From Candidatus Enterocola sp. (GTDB taxonomy: Bacteria > Bacteroidota > Bacteroidia > Bacteroidales > Paludibacteraceae), in the NCBI GenBank assembly GCA_045611845.1, contig JAZKXZ010000025.1, positions 190,077-254,076 of the forward strand: 64,000 bases of DNA, read 5' to 3'. Shown in pieces: positions 25,404 to 35,862 of this stretch (the first letter of the stretch is position 1; each line of letters starts with the position of its first letter). Under the pieces are notes generated by a model. It had not been told where the DNA came from, did no database searches, and worked only from the letters and a program-made list of their open reading frames with translations. The position numbers and the translations under genes were made by a program.

Positions 25404-28400
25404 ATGTCAATATCAACAATATTAAAACAAAAACAACTAATCCTTGATGGTGCCATGGGTACAATGTTGCCAAAGGTAGAAGGCACGGAAGAGGAAAAGG
25501 TAAGAAAAATCCACAAAATGTATGTGGATGCAGGGGCTGACTTTATTACAACAAGCACCTTTACCGACAATGCTCTTGAAAATATCGAGGAGCACAGCAC
25601 TCGTTTTGTGAAGATTGCAAGAGAGGTGGCAGATGAGGCAGTCAGAAAGGTTTATGTTTTAGGTAGTGTAGGACCTGCAAGTTTTAGTCTTACTATGCAA
25701 GAAGATGCTTCGTTCGACGTACTTCAGACAGCATACAAACGTCAGATTAAAGCTATGGCAGAGGCTGGTGTTGATGCACTTATTTTTGAGACATTTTTTG
25801 ATGCACTAAATATAAAAGCTGCCCTTACTGCAGCGGCAGAGGTGGCTCCACAGTTGGAATGTTTGCTTTCTGTTACGCTTGAAAAAAGTGGTAGACTTCT
25901 AAGTGGACAAACACTTGAGGCTCTTATTGCCACTGTGTCGCCATTTAATATTATAAGTTTAGGTTTAAATTGTTCCTTCGGAGCAAAAGATATGACCCCT
26001 TATCTGAATGTATTGGCGGAAAAGTCGCCATTCTACCTAAGTGCTTATCCAAACGCTGGACTTCCAAATGCGCTTGGCGAATACGATGAAACGCCAGATG
26101 ATATGGCAAGAGATTTGGCAGAGATATTCCCAAAACTAAATATTATTGGTGGTTGTTGTGGTACCACGCCTGAGCATATTGCCAGATTGGTAGAAATGCG
26201 TGGGGTGAATACTTCGGCAGTGAGAGTGCCAGCAGTGAAAGAAAAAGCATTTGACTTAAGCGGTTTGGAACCTCTTCAGGCAGAAGACTTTATTGCAGTG
26301 GGCGAAAGAACAAATGTGGCAGGCTCTAAGAAATTTGCTCGCCTTATAGCATCGGCAGAATACGATGAAGCACTACAAATAGCACGCAAACAAGTAGAGG
26401 CAGGAGCAAAAGTGATAGACGTGTGTATGGATGATGCCATGCTAGATGCAAAGGCTTGTATGGCTAATTTCCTTTACCTTATGGGTACAGACCCTGCCAT
26501 AGCACGTGTGCCAGTAATGATAGACTCTTCGCATTGGGATGTGCTTGCCGAAGGTTTAAAAAATGTGCAAGGTAAGGCAATTGTAAACTCAATTTCGCTT
26601 AAAGAAGGCGAAGACGTTTTCTTGAAGCGTGCTGAATATATCAAACATTATGGCGCAGCTGTGGTGGTGATGGCCTTTGACGAAAAAGGTCAGGCAGATA
26701 CATATGAAAGACGTGTGGAGATTTGCTCTCGTGCGTATAAACTACTTACAGAAAAGGCTGCATTTCCTGCTGAAGATATAGTTTTCGACCCAAATATCTT
26801 GACTATTGCTACAGGGCTTAAGGAGCACAACAATTACGCAGTAGATTTTATTGAAACTGTTCGTTATATAAAAGAGAACTTACCATACGCAAAATGTAGC
26901 GGTGGTGTAAGTAATTTGTCGTTTGCCTTTAGAGGAAATAATCCTCTTCGTGAAGCCATGCACGCTGTTTTCTTAAGCGAAGCGCGAAAGGCGGGTCTTG
27001 ATATGGCGATAATTAATCCTTCTACTCTTATAAATGTAAGTGAGTTGGATTGTGAATTAAAAGACAAAATAACTAACTTAGTTTTGAATAAATCTGAAGA
27101 TGCGGCAGAACTTCTTATGGATTTTGTTCAAGAAAATGGGGTTTCAAAAGCAGAAAAGGCTACGCAAAACACTCAAATAGAGGCAAAAACAGCTGAAGAA
27201 AGACTAGTAAATGCCTTGATTACTGCAGATATATCTACTTTAAATGCTGATGTAATAGAACTTTTAAGTAAGTTTACTCCGCTAGAAATAGTAGAAAATG
27301 TGTTAATGAAAGGTATGAATGTGGTGGGTGAACGCTTCGGTGCGGGTCAAATGTTTTTGCCACAAGTAGTGAAAACTGCCCAAACTATGAAAAAGGCAGT
27401 GGAAATACTTACTCCTTATATGAGTGCTGATTCTACACTTACTACCTCTAAACCAAAAGTGATTATTGCCACAGTAAAGGGCGACGTACACGATATTGGT
27501 AAAAATATTGTGGGAGTGGTGCTTTCTTGCAATGGTTATGAGGTGATAGACTTAGGTGTGATGGTGGAAAAAGAAACCATTATCGATGCTGTGCAAAAAG
27601 AAAACCCATGTGCACTTTGCCTTAGTGGGCTTATTTCTCCATCGCTCACTCAAATGGAAGAAGTGGCCAAGGAACTAGAAAAAATAGGTTCTAAAGTACC
27701 TTTGATCGTGGGCGGAGCAACAACTTCACTTAAACACACAGCAATAAAAATAGATCCACTTTATTCTGGAGTAGTGCTACATTCAAATGATGCATCAGAA
27801 AATGTGCGTCTGGTAAATTCTCTAAAGAAAGAGCCAAAACTTGTAGCACTTTATAAAAACATGTATGCTGAAATTCGTGAAAATGCACTTAAATCTCAAC
27901 CACAGGCTCACGAAAATAGAGAGACTGTAGATTGGGCAAACGAAGAAATTAAATCATTCAATCCACTTAATGTGGTGGTGGAAAGTGTGCCACCGATGAG
28001 CGAACTTGAAAACAATATAAACTGGAAGGCATATTTTGCTGCATGGCAGGTGAAAGGAGAATGGGCCGAAAAAGTAAAATCCGACTTACTTACATTGCTT
28101 GAAGAACTACAGGAAAAAGATAATTGGACTTATAAAGCTGTATATAAAGTAGTTGATGCACATTCGGATGGCGATAATATCATCTTAGCAAATCACAAGT
28201 GTGAATGTTGTCACGGCAAAATCCTACCTTTGAAGCGAGAATCTGAAAAATCTGCTTGTCTTTCAGATTTCGTATCGCCAGAAAAAGACTACGTAGGTGT
28301 GTTTGCTGCGTCTGTGAATGTGGAAAATATCTTAACTACATTGCGCGGCGAGGGCAGAGAGTACGATGCAATGCTACTTCAACTGTTTGCCGATAGGCTT

Positions 28401-28634
28401 GCTGAAGCACTTTCTGTTTGGCAATATGAGAAGGTAAAACAGCAGTGGGGAGTGGAGAATATGATTCGTCCTGCTGTGGGATATTCATGTCTTCCAAACC
28501 ACAATTTTAAACAAGATTTATTAGAACTTTTAGAAAATAAAATAGATATAACACTTACAGAAACTGGTGCAATGATGCCAGTATCTTCTGTTTGTGGACT
28601 TTATATTAGTAATTCTAAAGCAAAATACTTTTAG
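25404..28634 (+). CDS. metH: Methionine synthase, cobalamin-dependent
   Basis: 1076 aa. It has the Hcy-methyltransferase domain (ILDGAMGT...[11 protein letters not shown]) and the pterin-binding domain. The B12-binding domain carries [10 protein letters not shown], and a C-terminal AdoMet-activation domain follows. Confidence 0.95.
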   Translation: MSISTILKQKQLILDGAMGTMLPKVEGTEEEKVRKIHKMYVDAGADFITTSTFTDNALENIEEHSTRFVKIAREVADEAVRKVYVLGSVGPASFSLTMQEDASFDVLQTAYKRQIKAMAEAGVDALIFETFFDALNIKAALTAAAEVAPQLECLLSVTLEKSGRLLSGQTLEALIATVSPFNIISLGLNCSFGAKDMTPYLNVLAEKSPFYLSAYPNAGLPNALGEYDETPDDMARDLAEIFPKLNIIGGCCGTTPEHIARLVEMRGVNTSAVRVPAVKEKAFDLSGLEPLQAEDFIAVGERTNVAGSKKFARLIASAEYDEALQIARKQVEAGAKVIDVCMDDAMLDAKACMANFLYLMGTDPAIARVPVMIDSSHWDVLAEGLKNVQGKAIVNSISLKEGEDVFLKRAEYIKHYGAAVVVMAFDEKGQADTYERRVEICSRAYKLLTEKAAFPAEDIVFDPNILTIATGLKEHNNYAVDFIETVRYIKENLPYAKCSGGVSNLSFAFRGNNPLREAMHAVFLSEARKAGLDMAIINPSTLINVSELDCELKDKITNLVLNKSEDAAELLMDFVQENGVSKAEKATQNTQIEAKTAEERLVNALITADISTLNADVIELLSKFTPLEIVENVLMKGMNVVGERFGAGQMFLPQVVKTAQTMKKAVEILTPYMSADSTLTTSKPKVIIATVKGDVHDIGKNIVGVVLSCNGYEVIDLGVMVEKETIIDAVQKENPCALCLSGLISPSLTQMEEVAKELEKIGSKVPLIVGGATTSLKHTAIKIDPLYSGVVLHSNDASENVRLVNSLKKEPKLVALYKNMYAEIRENALKSQPQAHENRETVDWANEEIKSFNPLNVVVESVPPMSELENNINWKAYFAAWQVKGEWAEKVKSDLLTLLEELQEKDNWTYKAVYKVVDAHSDGDNIILANHKCECCHGKILPLKRESEKSACLSDFVSPEKDYVGVFAASVNVENILTTLRGEGREYDAMLLQLFADRLAEALSVWQYEKVKQQWGVENMIRPAVGYSCLPNHNFKQDLLELLENKIDITLTETGAMMPVSSVCGLYISNSKAKYF

Positions 28635-28636
28635 AG

Positions 28637-29590
28637 ATGAACGTATCAGAACTTTTAAAAAACACAGATAAAACACTTTTCTCTTTTGAAGTGTTGCCAC
28701 CGCTAAAGGGTCGTGGCATTGATGCTATTTATCAAACTATCGATTCGCTTCTGGAGTTTAATCCTGCGTATATCAACATTACTTCTCATGCTGCCGACGA
28801 GCAATATAGACAAAATGCCGATGGCACTTTCGACAAGGTGATGATACATAAACGCCCAAGTACAGTGGCTTCTGCGGCGGCTATCAAGTATAAATATAAT
28901 ATAGAGGTGGTGCCACATATTATATGTAGTGGACTAAATGCAGAGGAAATCGAGAATATTCTTATCGACTTAGACTTCCTAGACTTACACAACCTATTTG
29001 TACTTCGTGGCGACCCACAAAAAGGACTTCGTCGTTTTGTGCCAAAGGCTGGCGGACACGAACACACTACCGAACTAATGGAGCAAATCAATAAAATGAA
29101 TAGTGGGGTGTATTCAGATGAAAGTATTAAAAACTCTGTGGCAACTCACTTTACAATGGGTGTGGCAGGTTATCCAGAAAAACACCTTGAAGCTCCAAAT
29201 ATGGAAACAGATTTGTTTTATCTAAAAGAAAAAGTGCGTCTTGGTGCAAAATATGTGGTAACCCAACTTTTCTTTGATAACCAAAAATATTTCGACTTTG
29301 TGCGTATGTGTCGCGCAGAGGGAATAGATGTGCCTATCGTGCCAGGCCTTAAACCAATTTCTGGTCTAAACGATATTAAACTACTTCCTCAAACCTTCAA
29401 TATAGACATCCCAGAAGATTTAGTGAAGGCGTTAGCAAACTGCAAATCAAACGAAGAGGCACGCGCAGTAGGTGTTGAATGGGCAATTGCCCAATCTAAA
29501 GAGTTAATGAAGTTTGGAGTACCAGCACTTCACTTCTACACACTAGGTCAAGCTGCAAGTGTGAGAAAAATCTGCAGTGAGGTGTTTTAA
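28637..29590 (+). CDS. metF: Methylenetetrahydrofolate reductase
   Basis: FSFEVLPP...INITSHA...VPHIICSG...LFVLRGDP...GYPEKH...TQLFFD, typical of MetF. It starts 3 nt after the metH stop. Confidence 0.93.
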   Translation: MNVSELLKNTDKTLFSFEVLPPLKGRGIDAIYQTIDSLLEFNPAYINITSHAADEQYRQNADGTFDKVMIHKRPSTVASAAAIKYKYNIEVVPHIICSGLNAEEIENILIDLDFLDLHNLFVLRGDPQKGLRRFVPKAGGHEHTTELMEQINKMNSGVYSDESIKNSVATHFTMGVAGYPEKHLEAPNMETDLFYLKEKVRLGAKYVVTQLFFDNQKYFDFVRMCRAEGIDVPIVPGLKPISGLNDIKLLPQTFNIDIPEDLVKALANCKSNEEARAVGVEWAIAQSKELMKFGVPALHFYTLGQAASVRKICSEVF

Positions 29591-29641
29591 TAATGCGCGC
29601 ACGGTTGCTGAGCCTGTCGAAGCATTGTCCGTTTTTTGAAC

Positions 29642-30034
29642 CTATAAAGAGTCCCAATCGGGAATGTCTGGCAAAAATTGGTAAGAGAGGTCGGTGTAGT
29701 TGATGTGGCAGCAAATGATTTGGTTGCCGTTGCAAAGAATAATGTATGGCACGTGTAGGCGAGTGTTGTAGCGCAAAGCCTGATTGACAACCTCTTGAGT
29801 GATATTTACAGTGGGAGCTTTGTATTCGATAAGGATACGAGGCTCTCCTTTTTTATATACAATAGTGTCGCAGCGTTGTTGCAATCCGTTGATGTTGAGC
29901 GTACATTCGTTGGCAATTGCAACCGTTGGGTATTGTTTTTCACCTGTGAGGTATGCACAAAACCATTGACGCACCTTCTCCTCTGGTGTGGCAGCTACAT
30001 ATTTACGGCGGTATGGGTCGAAGATTTTTTCCAT
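29642..30034 (-). CDS. Type I restriction enzyme HsdR N-terminal domain-containing protein (stand-alone)
   Basis: MEKIFDPYRRKYVAATPEEKVRQWFCAYL...RCDTIVYKKGEPRILIEYKAPTVNI matches the HSDR_N_2 pattern. Start is taken at MEKIF (30034). A CAAATATA (-7 box) lies just upstream at ~30041-30048. Confidence 0.8.
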   Translation of the reverse strand: MEKIFDPYRRKYVAATPEEKVRQWFCAYLTGEKQYPTVAIANECTLNINGLQQRCDTIVYKKGEPRILIEYKAPTVNITQEVVNQALRYNTRLHVPYIILCNGNQIICCHINYTDLSYQFLPDIPDWDSL

Positions 30035-30056
30035 ATTTTGCAAATATAGAAAAAAG

Positions 30057-30144
30057 TTAGGAATTTTTGTGCAAACCGAGTGCAAATAAGTTTACTTAAT
30101 TTGCCGAGGTGCAGCCAAAAATCACGAGCGTAGCGAGTAACTTG
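30057..30144. repeat. 88-nt dispersed intergenic repeat, copy 2 (partner at 1103-1190)
   Basis: Same orientation and near-identical sequence to 1103-1190. As with copy 1, it lies immediately upstream of the promoter of a minus-strand gene. Confidence 0.8.
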
Positions 30145-30315
30145 AGCAGCGAGAGCAAAGATAAGCTTGCTTAAGCTTTGCCGAATGTTGCGATTAAGTG
30201 AGAGCAGAAGCAAAATTTATTTTGATTATGCCGAACGAGAGCAACTTCAGCGAAGCTAACGTGAAAAAAATCACGTAATGCGAAGCATTGCGTAATTTTT
30301 TATTATATTTGCATT

Positions 30316-31347
30316 ATGGCAAAAACAACAAGTGGTATAACATTCGCGTCTTTGATGCAACAACTTCAGTTGCGTCAGTATGCTCCTATTTATCTATTAA
30401 TGGGCGATGAGTCTTACTATATAGATAAGGTAGTGGAGTTTATGGAAAACAATATTTTAAGCGAAGCTGATAGAGAGTTTAATCAGATTATTCACTATGC
30501 TAACGACAAAACAGAGGCAAATGTAGACCTTGTGAGTGCGGTGATAAATGAGGCGCGTCGTTATCCAATGATGGGTGATAAGCAGGTGATTTATTTGAGA
30601 GAATGTCAAAGTCTCGACAAAAAGAACTTGTTTGACAAACTTGCCCTTTATCTAGAAAATCCTCAACCTACATCTATTATTGTTCTTACTTACAAACACG
30701 GCACTGCCGACAGAAGAAAAAAATGGGTGCAAGCAGTGGAAAAGGTGGGAGTGGTGTTTGAAAGTAAAAAACTTTATGAAAACGAGGTTTCAGTTTTTAT
30801 TACAGATGCTGCCAAAAAGAACGACCTAAAAATAACAGCTGATGCTAGCAGATTGCTTCTAGAACTTGTAGGCGCAGACCTTACACAGATAGAAAGCATA
30901 ATGAAGAAGTTTAGCATTATGCTTACAAAAGATAGAACTATTACTCCAGAACTAGTGGAACAAACCACTGGAGTGAACAAAGATTATACTCCGTTTGAGC
31001 TTCTTGCTGCCATTATCAATGGCGATGCACGCAAAGCAAATAGAATAATTCTGAATACTTCGGCAAATATTGTAGCTATTATTGCTATACTTTTCAACTA
31101 CTTCTCAAACCTATTTATTTATGAATATATGACCGACCACACACCAGCACACGTGGCGTCTGAACTGAAAATAAATCCATATAGGGTAAAAGAATTTGAA
31201 CAAGGAGCCAAACGTTTCAACAAGATGAAATGTTTTAAAATTATAGGTTATCTTCGTGAATACGATTGTAAGTCAAAAGGTATTGGCGCAGCTAACGCTT
31301 CTGATGTAGATTTATTAAAAGAACTAATATTTAAAATACTGAACTGA
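30316..31347 (+). CDS. holA: DNA polymerase III subunit delta
   Basis: 343 aa with the N-terminal YAPIYLLMGDESYYIDKV and an overall HolA-like layout. It is divergent from an HsdR_N gene, a pairing I recall as common in Bacteroidota. Confidence 0.88.
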   Translation: MAKTTSGITFASLMQQLQLRQYAPIYLLMGDESYYIDKVVEFMENNILSEADREFNQIIHYANDKTEANVDLVSAVINEARRYPMMGDKQVIYLRECQSLDKKNLFDKLALYLENPQPTSIIVLTYKHGTADRRKKWVQAVEKVGVVFESKKLYENEVSVFITDAAKKNDLKITADASRLLLELVGADLTQIESIMKKFSIMLTKDRTITPELVEQTTGVNKDYTPFELLAAIINGDARKANRIILNTSANIVAIIAILFNYFSNLFIYEYMTDHTPAHVASELKINPYRVKEFEQGAKRFNKMKCFKIIGYLREYDCKSKGIGAANASDVDLLKELIFKILN

Positions 31348-32714
31348 TGCTAAACAATAATTCTTTCTTCTTTGTCGGCATTGCCGGAACAGGTATGAGT
31401 GCCATTGCACAATATCTAAAAGGAATAGGTAAGAGTGTGTCTGGGTCTGACCGTCTTTTCTCAAAAGACAAAAAACTAGATACTCAGGTGAAGTTTGAGG
31501 CTATGGGCATAGATTGTTATTTCCAAGATGGTAGTGGCATTACCACGGAAACAGATATTGTGGTGGTCTCTACAGCCATAGAAGAAAGCAATGTGGAATA
31601 TCAAAAAGCACTTTCTTTAGGAATACGAATAGTGAAACGTTCGGCGCTTCTAGCTGCTATTTCAGAAAGCAAAAAGACTATTGCAGTGGGCGGTACTTCT
31701 GGTAAATCTACCACTACTGCTATGATTTTCCATATACTTGAGTGTGCTGGTAAGTCGCCTTCGCTTATCACAGGTGCTGGGCTTAGTTCACTTCAAGAAA
31801 AAGGACTGCTAGGCAATGCTTGGAATGGCACTGGTGAGTATTTGGTGATTGAGGCAGATGAGTCTGACGGCTCAATTGTGTCTTACAAGCCATATATTAG
31901 TGTGCTGCTGAATGTGGAACGCGACCACAAGGAAGAAGACGAGCTAATGCAACTTTTCGGCACATTTAAAGCAAATACTTCTCATGCTTTTATAGTAAAT
32001 GCTGGCAATAAACTTGCAAAACAACTTTCAAATGGCGCTGAGTGGCAGTTTGAGGCAGAAGGGATGAAAGGTGAGTCTGGCTATGAGGCGTTTGCCTTTA
32101 GCCAAAATGGCTTTGAAATTTCTTTTGAACTAAACGGTATGCGTTGCAACGTGCCTCTTATTGGAAAACACAATATGGAAAATACCTTGGCCGCAGTAGC
32201 AGTTTGTAAGGAAGCAGGTGTAGAGGTGGCAGAGTCTATTGAAGCAATGAAAACATTTAAAGGAATTTATCGTCGCACTCAACTTCTTGGTCACAACAAG
32301 GAAAAAAATATCTACTTAATAGACGATTTTGCACACAATCCTTCTGAGGTGGCAGCTGCAATACGTGCTTGTCAACAAATTTGCCCTACTGTGATGGCAT
32401 ATTTTCAACCTCACGGTTTTGGTCCGCTTCGCTTTATGCACAAAGATTTGGCAAAAGATGTTGATGCGGCACTTCGTTCTTCCGACGTGTTCTTGATAGG
32501 TGATGTTTATTACGCAGGTGGCACTGTGAACAAAGATATTTGCCCAAGCATTGTATCAGATGCCATGAAAGGTAATGCAGTGTTTGTAGGTGACAAATCT
32601 AATGCAGCAGATTATATTACTCAAAACATTAAAGACAATACCGTATTGTTGATAATGGGAGCACGTGATCCTAATTTATCAGAGTTCGGCCTTCAAATCT
32701 TTGGTAGAGTTTAA
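31347..32714 (+). CDS. Mur ligase family protein (MurC/Mpl-like)
   Basis: FFFVGIAGTGMSAIAQYL (Rossmann N-domain), GGTSGKSTTTAMI (P-loop), EADESDGS, GKHNMENTLAA, DDFAHNPSEV. Its start overlaps the holA stop (TGATG). Confidence 0.85.
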   Translation: MLNNNSFFFVGIAGTGMSAIAQYLKGIGKSVSGSDRLFSKDKKLDTQVKFEAMGIDCYFQDGSGITTETDIVVVSTAIEESNVEYQKALSLGIRIVKRSALLAAISESKKTIAVGGTSGKSTTTAMIFHILECAGKSPSLITGAGLSSLQEKGLLGNAWNGTGEYLVIEADESDGSIVSYKPYISVLLNVERDHKEEDELMQLFGTFKANTSHAFIVNAGNKLAKQLSNGAEWQFEAEGMKGESGYEAFAFSQNGFEISFELNGMRCNVPLIGKHNMENTLAAVAVCKEAGVEVAESIEAMKTFKGIYRRTQLLGHNKEKNIYLIDDFAHNPSEVAAAIRACQQICPTVMAYFQPHGFGPLRFMHKDLAKDVDAALRSSDVFLIGDVYYAGGTVNKDICPSIVSDAMKGNAVFVGDKSNAADYITQNIKDNTVLLIMGARDPNLSEFGLQIFGRV

Positions 32715-32792
32715 TTTAAAGGTTGCTTTTCGGGGCGCCTAAAAATTCCTCCTTTAAATAAAAATTTAAATATTATATAATTACCTAAGCAA

Positions 32793-32824
32793 AAACTCCG
32801 AAGTTCGTGTGAGCTTCGGAGTTT
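32793..32824. terminator. Bidirectional hairpin terminator between the Mur ligase gene and pgk
   Basis: AAACTCCGAAG (32793-32803) / CTTCGGAGTTT (32814-32824) forms a perfect 11-bp stem with flanking A/T runs. Confidence 0.75.
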
Positions 32825-32847
32825 CTTATCTTTTGTTGGATTAATGA

Positions 32848-34098
32848 TTATCCTTTGATTGCAGCTACACCTGGAAGAACTTTGCCTTCGATAGCTTCAA
32901 GAAGAGCACCACCACCAGTAGAGATGTATGATACTTGGTCTGCCATACCAAATTTGTTGATACAAGCTACAGAGTCACCACCACCGATAAGTGAGAATGC
33001 GCCGTTTGCAGTTGCTTTAGCGATAGCTTCAGCGATTGCGCGAGAACCAGCAGTGAAGTTGTCAAATTCGAACACACCTGCAGGACCATTCCAAAGAATA
33101 GTTTTAGCGCCTTCGATAGCAGCAGCAAATGCTTTTTGTGTGTCAGGACCAGCATCAAGACCTTCCCAACCTTCTGGGATTGCGTTAGCAGGAACAACTT
33201 GTGTGTTAGCGTCGTTTGAGAAGTCGTCTGCAGCAACGCAGTCTGTGCCTAATACTAGGTTTACACCTTTAGCTTTAGCTTGTTCGATAATGTCAAGAGC
33301 AAGTTGAAGTTTGTCGTCTTCGCAGATAGATTTACCGATTTCACCACCCATTGCTTTAGCAAATGTATATGTCATACCACCGCAAAGGATTAGGTTGTCA
33401 ACTTTGTCCATTAAGTTTTCGATGATACCAATTTTGGTAGAAACTTTAGAACCACCCATGATAGCTGTGAATGGACGGTTGATGTTGCTTAGGATGTTGT
33501 CAACAGCTTGTACTTCTTTTTCCATTAGGTAACCTAACATTTTGTTTTCAGCGTCGAAGTAGTCTGCGATAACAGCTGTAGAAGCGTGTTTACGGTGAGC
33601 AGTACCGAATGCGTCGTTGATATAGCAATCTGCATAAGAAGCTAAAGTTTTAGCAAATTCTTTTTGAGAAGCTTTCATTGCTTTTTTAGCATCTTCGTAT
33701 GCAGGATCTTCTTTGTCGATACCTACTGGTTTGCCTTCTTCTTCACCGTAGAAACGTAGGTTTTCAAGTAGAAGAACTTCACCTGGTTGAAGAGCAGCAG
33801 CAGCGTCAGCAGCTTTAGCGCAGTCGTCAGCAAATTTAACTGCAACACCAAGTTTTTCAGAAACTGCTTCTACGATTTGGCTTAAAGAGTATTTAGCATT
33901 TACTTTGCCTTTTGGTTTACCCATGTGAGACATGATGATTAGAGAACCACCGTCTGCTAATACTTTTTTAAGAGTAGGAAGAGCACCGCGGATACGTGTA
34001 TCGTCAGTGATTTTACCATTTTCGTCTAGTGGAACGTTGAAGTCCACACGTACAATTGCTTTTTTACCAGCAAATTTGAAATTGTCGATAGTTTGCAT
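32848..34098 (-). CDS. pgk: Phosphoglycerate kinase
   Basis: [33 protein letters not shown] and STGGGALLE. Confidence 0.97.
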   Translation of the reverse strand: MQTIDNFKFAGKKAIVRVDFNVPLDENGKITDDTRIRGALPTLKKVLADGGSLIIMSHMGKPKGKVNAKYSLSQIVEAVSEKLGVAVKFADDCAKAADAAAALQPGEVLLLENLRFYGEEEGKPVGIDKEDPAYEDAKKAMKASQKEFAKTLASYADCYINDAFGTAHRKHASTAVIADYFDAENKMLGYLMEKEVQAVDNILSNINRPFTAIMGGSKVSTKIGIIENLMDKVDNLILCGGMTYTFAKAMGGEIGKSICEDDKLQLALDIIEQAKAKGVNLVLGTDCVAADDFSNDANTQVVPANAIPEGWEGLDAGPDTQKAFAAAIEGAKTILWNGPAGVFEFDNFTAGSRAIAEAIAKATANGAFSLIGGGDSVACINKFGMADQVSYISTGGGALLEAIEGKVLPGVAAIKG

Positions 34099-34172
34099 AA
34101 TGTTAATATTATAAGTGTTTAATGTTTTTGTTTAGTCGTTTCGGTCACTGAGCTTGTCGAAGTGCCCGATTG

Positions 34173-34661
34173 TTACTCCTTTTTAGGTTGTGCCAAAAGC
34201 AACACCCAAAAGTCTCCGCTGCGAGCCATCCCCATGGCAGTAACTTGTCTGTTCATAATGTTATTGCATGCAGCAGGATTGTTCATCCAGTGGTCTATAA
34301 CCATAGTTTCGCTACCTTTGAAGTGAGCAATATTTTCCACGCAATAAATTACGCTATAATCTTTTTCTTCTAGTCTTTGTTTTACTGTGCTACCGTCTGT
34401 GCCCACGTGGCTTAGGTACAAAAACTTTGTATCGTTGTTTTCGTTGTCGCTATTTAGGTCGTTTGCATATTCTTGAGCAATTTCTGCAAGTTTGTTGTCC
34501 CAAATAAGTTCAGCGGCAGGTCTTTTCTTCACGTTGCCACAAAGGCAAACATCAGATCTCCATGCATTGATTTCATCAAGTACTCTAGCGTTGTTTATTT
34601 GGCCAAATGCTAATGTTAAACCAAAGCAAAATGATAGACTTATGACTAGAAATTTTCTCAT
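34173..34661 (-). CDS. CAP (SCP/PR-1-like, YkwD-type) domain secreted protein
   Basis: Signal peptide, then INAWRSDV..CG...LIWDNKLAEIAQEYANDL...SHVGTDGS...ENIA...HWMNNPAACNNIM. A CAAATGTA -7 box lies at ~34679-34686. Confidence 0.82.
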   Translation of the reverse strand: MRKFLVISLSFCFGLTLAFGQINNARVLDEINAWRSDVCLCGNVKKRPAAELIWDNKLAEIAQEYANDLNSDNENNDTKFLYLSHVGTDGSTVKQRLEEKDYSVIYCVENIAHFKGSETMVIDHWMNNPAACNNIMNRQVTAMGMARSGDFWVLLLAQPKKE

Positions 34662-34704
34662 TATTTAAAATAATTTACAAATGTAAGAAAAAAACTTGAA
34701 AAAA

Positions 34705-35685
34705 CTACCATTGGTATGCTAAACCTTGAGTAAAGCAGTAGGTTAAACCGTATGCGTCAACAGGAGCTTGACCTCCGTCCCAAAGGAAGTCTAAACGTGT
34801 TACGGCAGAAAGTCCTTTCCAAATTCTTACTTGGAAGAAACCACCAGCACCTACAAGTGGTAGAGGTTTTGTGTTTAATAATCCTTTAAATTCTGTTGGA
34901 AGCAGTTCTTCTTGAGAAGGTTGTGCTTTAAATGCGCCACTTATTGGTTGTTGAATTGCGGTGTATAGGTGGAATGCAATATGGTCCCAATCGCCAAAGA
35001 AGTTTACAAAGGCATTGAATCTAAAGTTTAATTGATTGTAGTTACCTTTTTCTGTTAGGCGAAGATATTCTTTTGATGTTTGAGGAAGGTTGTTGAAACT
35101 TTCTAGCATTGCACTTCTATCCACTCCTAGTTTTGTAGCTCTGCTGCCTAGGGCGTCCCAATGTTGGTAAGTGCCACCAATACCGATACCTGGTTCGATA
35201 CATAGGTGTGGGTGCTCTCTAAGTGGTTGGAATGTGAAGTTCATACCCAATGCCACTCTGTTGTTTAGGCTTCTAAGGAAGTCGTAGTTGTATGTGGCAC
35301 TAGCAGAGAAGAAAAATGGAGTTTTTTCTCTTTTGTTGCCTTCTATGCGATATTGGAAAAAGTCACCTTGTAGGTGGAAGAAACCTTTGTTTCCAGTGTC
35401 AATGTCGTTTAAGAAATTGTATGCCACGTTGCCAGAAAAACGGAATTTGTGTTTGTCTAGTGCATAAACCAATTCTGTAGCTACGTCTAATTCAAACTTG
35501 ATAGCGTCGGTTTGTTCTACTTTAAGAGATAATCCTGCTGTACCAGTAAGTTTGTTTACTTTAACAGAGTCTAGAAGAGTTTTTGTTAACATATACCCCA
35601 TGTAGCCTTGTGAGTAAGCAGAGGTAAAACTGAAGAATGAGATTAGTAGTAGCGCTCCTACTAAAAGTGTTTTTTTTAGTTTCAT
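34705..35685 (-). CDS. Hypothetical outer-membrane beta-barrel protein
   Basis: Signal peptide MKLKKTLLVGALLLISFFSFTSAYSQ. The sequence is rich in aromatic/Gly beta-strand patterns and ends in the aromatic residues ...GLAYQW. Confidence 0.6.
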   Translation of the reverse strand: MKLKKTLLVGALLLISFFSFTSAYSQGYMGYMLTKTLLDSVKVNKLTGTAGLSLKVEQTDAIKFELDVATELVYALDKHKFRFSGNVAYNFLNDIDTGNKGFFHLQGDFFQYRIEGNKREKTPFFFSASATYNYDFLRSLNNRVALGMNFTFQPLREHPHLCIEPGIGIGGTYQHWDALGSRATKLGVDRSAMLESFNNLPQTSKEYLRLTEKGNYNQLNFRFNAFVNFFGDWDHIAFHLYTAIQQPISGAFKAQPSQEELLPTEFKGLLNTKPLPLVGAGGFFQVRIWKGLSAVTRLDFLWDGGQAPVDAYGLTYCFTQGLAYQW

Positions 35686-35862
35686 TTAGTAAAATTTAAG
35701 TTTTTTTGTTATCTTTGCAAGAATTGGGTTCGCGTGGAGTTAAATCCTTGTGAAAACAATTATTACAGAAAGGTTTAGAGAGTGCAAAATTACTCTAATT
35801 TTCCTAAATGACAAAGCCTTAATGTTTAATTAGATAAAAAAAACCTAAATATAAATCAAACT

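Noticed and set aside
25404-28634. metH is shorter (1076 aa) than the ~1230-aa E. coli enzyme, which raises the question of truncation or a pseudogene.
   Set aside because: All four modules are present in order in one uninterrupted frame: Hcy-binding, pterin-binding, B12-binding with DxHxxG, and AdoMet-activation. metF follows 3 nt later. It is most simply a compact orthologue.
34099-34172. No obvious -7 box is visible directly upstream of pgk, which suggests a CAP-domain gene/pgk operon.
   Set aside because: Co-transcription from the CAAATGTA box at ~34679 is plausible but unremarkable, and I may have missed a degenerate promoter. It is not worth a finding without TSS data.
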